Shown one piece after another: positions 26,781 through 32,000 of a DNA stretch of 32,000 nt. Below the pieces are notes generated by a model. That model had not been told where the DNA came from, did no database searches, and was given only the letters and a program-made list of their open reading frames with translations. The DNA lies in assembly GCF_002075285.3 (NCBI RefSeq), contig NZ_CP021983.2, forward strand, positions 3,270,001 through 3,302,000. The letters run 5' to 3'. Every line of letters starts with the position of its first letter. Position 1 is the first letter of the stretch. The position numbers and the translations under genes are program-made. This stretch comes from Halomicronema hongdechloris C2206. GTDB lineage: Bacteria; Cyanobacteriota; Cyanobacteriia; Phormidesmidales; Phormidesmidaceae.

Positions 26781-28484
26781 CTAGGGGTTGGGGGGATGAG
26801 CTCGGGCAATCTGCCAGCTGAGTAAAATCACCGGCAGTAAGCCCACCAAGAGGATGCTCAAGGCTGGAGCGGCGGCTTCGACCAGCCGTTCATCGGCGGC
26901 ATATTGATAGACTTGCACGGCTAGCGTATCGAAGTTGAAGGGTCGAATTACCAGGGTTGCCGGTAGTTCCTTCATGACATCGACGAATACTAGCATCAGA
27001 GCGGTGAGCAGGCTACTGCCCATCAGGGGGGCATGCACTTGCATCAGGGTTTGGGTGGGGCTATAGCCCAGGCTACGGGAGGCTTCATCCAGGCTGGGAC
27101 GAATTTTAGTGAGGCCGGATTCAACTGCCCCGAAGGACACGGCCAGAAAGCGAACCAGGTAAGCAAAAATCAGGGCCACGATGGTCCCGCTAAGTAGCAA
27201 GCCGGTGGATATGTTGAACGTGGCTCGCATCCAGGCGTCGATGGCATTATCGAAGCGGCTGATGGGAATCAGGATGCCGACGGCGATGACAGCCCCGGGC
27301 ACGGCATAGCCCATGGCGGCAATACGGACACTGAGATGCAATATCCGCTTGGGTTGTAGCCGCACACCATAGGCCATGATCAGCGACAAGATGACCGCCA
27401 GTAGGGCCGTGAGTCCAGCCAGAATCAAGCTGTGGTTGGCCAGATCGATGAAGGAGTACGTGAGGGGTTGGTCGGCATGGTTGATGGCCATCTGTAGGAG
27501 CAACCCGCCGGGCACCAGTAATCCCAACAGAATGGGCAACAGGCAGATGCTCCAGGCTGTCCAGGCTCGCCAACCACGCAGTCGATACACTGCTAAGGAG
27601 TGGGTGCGGTTCTGGCTTTGGTAGTAGCGCGCCTGCCGTCGCGACCAGCGCTCCAATAGGATCAGGCCAAAGATAAAGAGCAGCAGGACTGCTGCCAATT
27701 GAGCCGCCGCCGTCTGTTCTCCCATGCCAAACCAAGTGCGGTAGATGCCCGTGGTAAAGGTGGGAACGCCAAAATACTGAACGGTGCCAAAGTCGTTTAG
27801 GGTTTCCATTAAGGCCAGGGCCAGCCCGGCTGCGATCGCAGGCCGAGCCAAGGGCAGGGCCACGGTCCCAACACTTCGCCAAGGGCCACACCCTAGGGAG
27901 CGACTGGCTTCTAGGGTCGTGGTTGACTGTTCTAGAAAGGATACCCGGGTCAGCATGTAGACGTAGGGATAGAGGGTGAGGCTGAACAGTAGGATGGCTC
28001 CCTCCAAAGAGCGAATGTTGGGGAACCAATAGTCCGTTGCTCGCTGCCATCCAAAGAGGGTGCGTAGGGTAGTCTGCACAGGACCAAAGTAGTCCAGGAC
28101 GTCTGTATAGGTGTAGGCCAGTAGATAGGAGGGAGCCGCCAAGGGTAAGAGCAAGGCCCACTCAAACAGGCGACTGCCGGGAAAGCGACACATGGTCACC
28201 AGCCAGGCAGTGGTCACGCCGATGAGCATGACACCCAGGCTGACGCCTAGCATCAGCCATAGGGAGTTGGTGATGTACTGCGGCAGTACGGTGGTGGCTA
28301 GATGTCGCCACACGTCGCCGGACTCACTGAGGATGCTACTGAGAACGACGGCAATGGGAGAAATTAGCAGTAAACTCAGTAGCACGATCGCCGTCGTCCA
28401 AAGCAAACTATGCCAGTTCGCGTCCCAACGGTGGCCTCGATGGGAATGGCGATGGGTTAAGTTGACGAAATCCGGAAATTTCAA
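26781..28484 (-). CDS. Two-domain ABC transporter permease, Fe(III)-type (FutB/FbpB-like)
   Basis: 567 aa and about 12 TM helices. Two EAA-loop motifs (LEASRSLGCGPWRSVGTVALPLARPAI and LDEASRSLGYSPTQTLMQVHAPLM), as in fused iron(III) ABC permeases. Confidence 0.8.
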   Translation of the reverse strand: MKFPDFVNLTHRHSHRGHRWDANWHSLLWTTAIVLLSLLLISPIAVVLSSILSESGDVWRHLATTVLPQYITNSLWLMLGVSLGVMLIGVTTAWLVTMCRFPGSRLFEWALLLPLAAPSYLLAYTYTDVLDYFGPVQTTLRTLFGWQRATDYWFPNIRSLEGAILLFSLTLYPYVYMLTRVSFLEQSTTTLEASRSLGCGPWRSVGTVALPLARPAIAAGLALALMETLNDFGTVQYFGVPTFTTGIYRTWFGMGEQTAAAQLAAVLLLFIFGLILLERWSRRQARYYQSQNRTHSLAVYRLRGWRAWTAWSICLLPILLGLLVPGGLLLQMAINHADQPLTYSFIDLANHSLILAGLTALLAVILSLIMAYGVRLQPKRILHLSVRIAAMGYAVPGAVIAVGILIPISRFDNAIDAWMRATFNISTGLLLSGTIVALIFAYLVRFLAVSFGAVESGLTKIRPSLDEASRSLGYSPTQTLMQVHAPLMGSSLLTALMLVFVDVMKELPATLVIRPFNFDTLAVQVYQYAADERLVEAAAPALSILLVGLLPVILLSWQIARAHPPNP

Positions 28485-28550
28485 AAGATATAGATCATAG
28501 TGCTTAGGGCCATTCCCCTTATATCAGGAGAGGGCAGGGGAAGAGGGAAA

Positions 28551-28644
28551 AGTAACGAGTGTAGGGCGTTGGCGTAGCCTGCCCGGAGGGCTTAGCCCGT
28601 GCGTAGGGCTGTGCCCGTGCGTAGCAGCAGAGTGACTCGTTACT
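28551..28644. repeat. Inverted-repeat-bounded GC-rich element (REP/MITE-like) between the kinase and permease genes
   Basis: AGTAACGAGT (28551-28560) and ACTCGTTACT (28635-28644) are perfect 10-bp inverted repeats. The interior contains CCCGTGCGTAG twice (28596-28606 and 28614-28624) and GCGTAG three times. Confidence 0.5.
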
Positions 28645-28646
28645 CG

Positions 28647-29141
28647 CTACTCAATCCGGCCATCACATCCCCAGCGATGGATCGCATCGAAGCCTTCCCA
28701 GTGGGCAGGGGGGGCTCCTTGCAGTTGGCGGTGCATTCGCTCGATCACCTCGTCGGGTACGCGACGCGATCGCATCTGGTTGTGCTGCAGACAGATGGCT
28801 AAGGGAATATCAAACCAGAGGGCGGTGATGGAGTCAAAGCCCAGGTGGCGAGCCAATGCGATCGCATCGCGGCGATGCCGCCGTCGCACATTGGTGGCAT
28901 CGTAGATGGTTCCCTGCCGATGTCCTTGACGAATCGCCGCGACATTCTGCTGCAACTGGTGCTGCAGCTGCCGCCAAATCTGGGGCCAGGAGCCTTGCAC
29001 CGCCTCGTCACCAAAGAGCTGTTGGCGAATGGCATCGGTGGAGACAATCTCATAGGCAGGATGCTGACTGACAAATTGCTGCGCCCAGGTAGACTTGCCG
29101 CTACCCGGTAGACCAATTAGCAGAATCAAGGGGATCCTCAC
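28647..29141 (-). CDS. Small P-loop ATPase/kinase (AAA_33-like)
   Basis: Walker A LLIGLPGSGKSTWA at the N-terminus. 164 aa. D/R-rich kinase-like core. Confidence 0.75.
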   Translation of the reverse strand: MRIPLILLIGLPGSGKSTWAQQFVSQHPAYEIVSTDAIRQQLFGDEAVQGSWPQIWRQLQHQLQQNVAAIRQGHRQGTIYDATNVRRRHRRDAIALARHLGFDSITALWFDIPLAICLQHNQMRSRRVPDEVIERMHRQLQGAPPAHWEGFDAIHRWGCDGRIE

Positions 29142-29200
29142 CGCCGCCGAACCATAACCCCGTTACCTAGGCGCTGTTAATCTCCCCTGACGTTCAGGCC

Positions 29201-30490
29201 TTAGATCACCATGCCATCGGGAATCACAGCATTTTTCAGCACCACCACGATGCCACTGCGGATGTAGAAGCCCAGGTCTTCCCGCTCTGCTTCCTCCACA
29301 TCTTCCTTATTGATGATTTGCACATTGCGGCCAACGCGAGCATTCTTATCCACGATGGTCTTGCGGATGACAGTGCCTTCACCAATGCCCATGGGAATCT
29401 TGCCGCGGGTCAGATGCTGGCTACTTTCTGAGAGGGGCTCGTAGTAATCGGCTCCCATGAGCAGGGCATCTTGGATGATACAGTTCTCATGGATCCGCTG
29501 CCGCAAGCCAATCACAGAATGATGCACCTCACAGTTCTTCAGGATGCATCCCTCACCGATAATGGACTCGGTAACCTGACAGTCTAATAACTTACTGGGA
29601 GGCAAATACCGAGAGCGGGTATAAATAGGGGCGTCTTCTTGGTAGAAGCTAAAGGGCGGCTGCGGCTGTTTGGTCAAGGCTAGATTAGAGGTGTAGAAGG
29701 CCTCAATGGTACCGATGTCCTCCCAGTAGCCATCAAAAAGATAGGCTTGAATGTTGTAATCCTGAGCCGACGACGGGATAATCTCCTTGCCGAAATCCGT
29801 TTGATCGAGATTTTTCCGCAACAGGTCGACCAACACCTGCTTGTTGAACACATAAATACCCATGGAAGCGATGTAGGGCTTTTCTTTCGCTTGTTCTGGC
29901 GTTAGCCCCAGGGTAGAGGTGTCCACCTGCATGGTTTTTAAGGCATCGCCCTTGGGTTTTTCATAGAAGTCCACCACCCGGCCAGCGATATCGATTTTCA
30001 TGAGGCCGAAACTCGAGGCCAGCTTATCGCCGATGGGAACCACTGACAGGGTAATATCGGCCCCAGTATCGCGATGGCGCTCGATAAATAGGCGGTAGTC
30101 CATGCGATAGAGGTGATCACCCGAGAGAATAAGATACTCATCCACATCCCAGGCTTCTAGCAACCACAGGTATTTACGGACCGCATCCGCCGTTCCCTGA
30201 AACCAGCTGGGGCTTTCGGGCGTCTGTTGAGCGGCCAGCACCTCTACGAATCCGTCCGAGAACTGGGAAAAGCTGTAGGCGCGGGCAATATGGCGATTTA
30301 ACGAGGCCGAGTTGAACTGCGTCAGGACATAAATTTTAAGAATTTCAGAATTGATGCAATTGCTAACGGGAATATCGATCAGCCGATATTTACCAGCCAA
30401 GGAAACAGCCGGTTTGGCGCGATATTTTGTCAATGGATACAGGCGAGTGCCGGCACCGCCCCCCAGAATGATCGCTAAAACTCGTTTCAC
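29201..30490 (-). CDS. glgC: Glucose-1-phosphate adenylyltransferase
   Basis: [50 protein letters not shown], 429 aa, with a C-terminal left-handed beta-helix region. A classic cyanobacterial GlgC. Confidence 0.95.
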   Translation of the reverse strand: MKRVLAIILGGGAGTRLYPLTKYRAKPAVSLAGKYRLIDIPVSNCINSEILKIYVLTQFNSASLNRHIARAYSFSQFSDGFVEVLAAQQTPESPSWFQGTADAVRKYLWLLEAWDVDEYLILSGDHLYRMDYRLFIERHRDTGADITLSVVPIGDKLASSFGLMKIDIAGRVVDFYEKPKGDALKTMQVDTSTLGLTPEQAKEKPYIASMGIYVFNKQVLVDLLRKNLDQTDFGKEIIPSSAQDYNIQAYLFDGYWEDIGTIEAFYTSNLALTKQPQPPFSFYQEDAPIYTRSRYLPPSKLLDCQVTESIIGEGCILKNCEVHHSVIGLRQRIHENCIIQDALLMGADYYEPLSESSQHLTRGKIPMGIGEGTVIRKTIVDKNARVGRNVQIINKEDVEEAEREDLGFYIRSGIVVVLKNAVIPDGMVI

Positions 30491-30628
30491 TTAAAACCTC
30501 GGAACTGGCAGAACTAACCCACGCGCTTCATCTTCAGTGTGTGCCCGCCAGGACGACTTGGCAAGGGGGGATCACGAAGTTCATGGCTAGATGTAATGTA
30601 GACAACCCGAATGTTGCCGATTCGCTAA

Positions 30629-32000
30629 TTATGGCACTGGCACAACGACATATTTGCCTTGGCGATGCACCAGAGCCAGAACTGATGGTGTTTCCCCTGA
30701 GCGGGCTAGAGCAACGAACGCTTGGGCTTGCTGTCTATCATCGTAGAGGACTGTGCCATCGGCGGCCACGATCAGGGTGGGGGGATGGGATGCTGGGGTT
30801 TGGGGAGATGGGGCCAACCGGAGCAGGGTGGCTGGCCGACTATCTTGCCCCAAGGGCAGTTGATAGAGGGAGGCCGTGGCTAGGGAAGGGGGCAGTGATG
30901 CCAGGGATTGTAAATGGAATAGGGAAGCGATGCGATCGCGCCAATGGGGATAGAGGCTGAGAAACTGGGGCAGGGGAGTGGCCATTTCCTGAGACGGCCA
31001 GGTCAGATCCGCTAGAGAGGTCACTAGGGGGGGAAAGGGGGCATCTGGGTCAGTGGGAACTGGCCCCGGGACTAATAGACTGAGGGTATGTTGCCTGAGG
31101 CGCCATCCGTATACCTGTACAGGTGTCGCCTGAGGACCTTGCTGCTGCCACAACACCATGGTCAGAGGCCTAGCCCCTATCCATCCCTGACGAGATGCCA
31201 GAGTAGACCAATCTGCTGCTGGTTGAGCCTGTTGCCAGCCCTGCTGGGTTTGCCAGTGGCTGATATGGACAGCATACCAGCGACGATCAGACGAGAGGGC
31301 GGGCGGGGATTGCACCAGCTGCCAGTCCGCTGGGGTAAGGCTGAGGGGTGTGGCCTGACCCAATAGATGAACGATGGCTGGCGCTGGGGTAGAGTGATTC
31401 CGCCTAGGAGTAGCAGCGGCTGCAGCCTCCGATGGGGAAGGGGAAGTAGTGGGGCGGCGAGCGGCCTCCAGCGTTGCCAGTGTCGCCGAGAATCGTTGCC
31501 GGGCCAGACTCTGAGCCTGTTGAGCCAGCCACTGATGGGCCGCTGCCGGGGATTCCTGGGCGGCTAATATCAGGCCGCCCCAGATCTGAACGCTCTCATG
31601 GTCAGGGGTGATGCGGAGAGTGGCAATGACTCGGTTCCACAGGCGACCGCGGTCATCAGCCAGCAGTTGCCAGAGGGCGTCACTGGCCTCCGGTGCCTGT
31701 TCTAGGTGGCTGAGGGCTGCCTGCCAGCGACCATCCAATAGCGCTGCTAAAACTTGTTGGCTGGGGGTGGCCCAGGTCCGGTCAGCCTGGACCTGGCTGT
31801 AATCGGCGTGGAGGGCTATTAGGCTCAACTGCCCCGCGGCGGCGATGGTCCAGTCAGAACCGGCCCGTTGTTTAAGGGCCTGTAACCGGTCGTGAGCCTC
31901 TGACCATACCCCTGCTCGAGCCAGTTGTAGGGCTTGCTGATAAGCCGACTGCAGGGAGACTACCTCCAGGGCCGCTGGCAGTAGGGATATCGTCTGCAGC
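30629..32000 (-). CDS. Hypothetical Ala/Gln/Pro-rich protein, 5' end outside the window
   Basis: The track ORF starts at a TTG at 31828, but manual reading shows the frame stays open to position 32000 (...LQSAYQQALQLARAGVWSEAHDRLQALKQRAGSDWTIAAAGQLSLIALHADY...). No functional motif recognised. Confidence 0.55.
   Translation of the reverse strand, partial: LQTISLLPAALEVVSLQSAYQQALQLARAGVWSEAHDRLQALKQRAGSDWTIAAAGQLSLIALHADYSQVQADRTWATPSQQVLAALLDGRWQAALSHLEQAPEASDALWQLLADDRGRLWNRVIATLRITPDHESVQIWGGLILAAQESPAAAHQWLAQQAQSLARQRFSATLATLEAARRPTTSPSPSEAAAAATPRRNHSTPAPAIVHLLGQATPLSLTPADWQLVQSPPALSSDRRWYAVHISHWQTQQGWQQAQPAADWSTLASRQGWIGARPLTMVLWQQQGPQATPVQVYGWRLRQHTLSLLVPGPVPTDPDAPFPPLVTSLADLTWPSQEMATPLPQFLSLYPHWRDRIASLFHLQSLASLPPSLATASLYQLPLGQDSRPATLLRLAPSPQTPASHPPTLIVAADGTVLYDDRQQAQAFVALARSGETPSVLALVHRQGKYVVVPVP

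Noticed and set aside
27247-28161. 304-aa same-strand alternative-frame ORF inside the ABC permease gene
   Set aside because: Its Pro/Arg/Gly/His-rich composition is typical of off-frame translation of GC-rich coding DNA. The 567-aa frame has clear TM helices and EAA loops.
30541-30960. 139-aa plus-strand ORF
   Set aside because: It is antisense to the 3' end of the longer open frame 30629..>32000, is Gly/Arg-rich, and has no RBS.

Overview
This is a cyanobacterial chromosome segment. The evidence is HIP1 octamers (GCGATCGC) throughout, an NtcA/NtcB-type nitrate-assimilation regulon, glgC, and a 37-nt CRISPR repeat ending ATTGAAAC. The window has two compositional parts.

(1) Positions 1 to about 9120 form a visibly AT-rich accessory island.
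- It holds a tightly coupled four-gene minus-strand operon: a Zn-ribbon/PD-(D/E)xK nuclease, a 180-aa unknown protein, a DinG/XPD-like helicase with a Cys cluster, and a large protein that runs off the left edge. This resembles the poorly characterised pPIWI-RE nuclease/DinG-helicase island but carries an extra gene. It is the best candidate for a novel or undescribed defence system.
- Next comes a 5'-truncated ORF with a reverse-transcriptase-like motif.
- Next comes an orphan CRISPR array remnant with no cas genes and no leader. One repeat is split by an ISL3-family IS, which is itself split by an ISAs1-family IS. Both transposases are pseudogenes.

(2) Positions from about 9120 to 32000 are GC-rich core genome.
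- It encodes a TetR regulator and a complete nitrate-assimilation supercluster: NarM-like protein, narB, nrtP and nirA on the minus strand, divergent from nirB-like, ntcB and cnaT-like on the plus strand, followed by mobA. A canonical NtcA-type promoter sits in the divergent region.
- Further genes are a DUF3386-like protein, a REC-PAS-GGDEF-EAL protein, a rhomboid protease, an SDR, a two-domain Fe(III)-type ABC permease, a P-loop kinase, glgC, and a hypothetical protein that runs off the right edge.

All product calls come from motif recognition by eye. No database search was possible.
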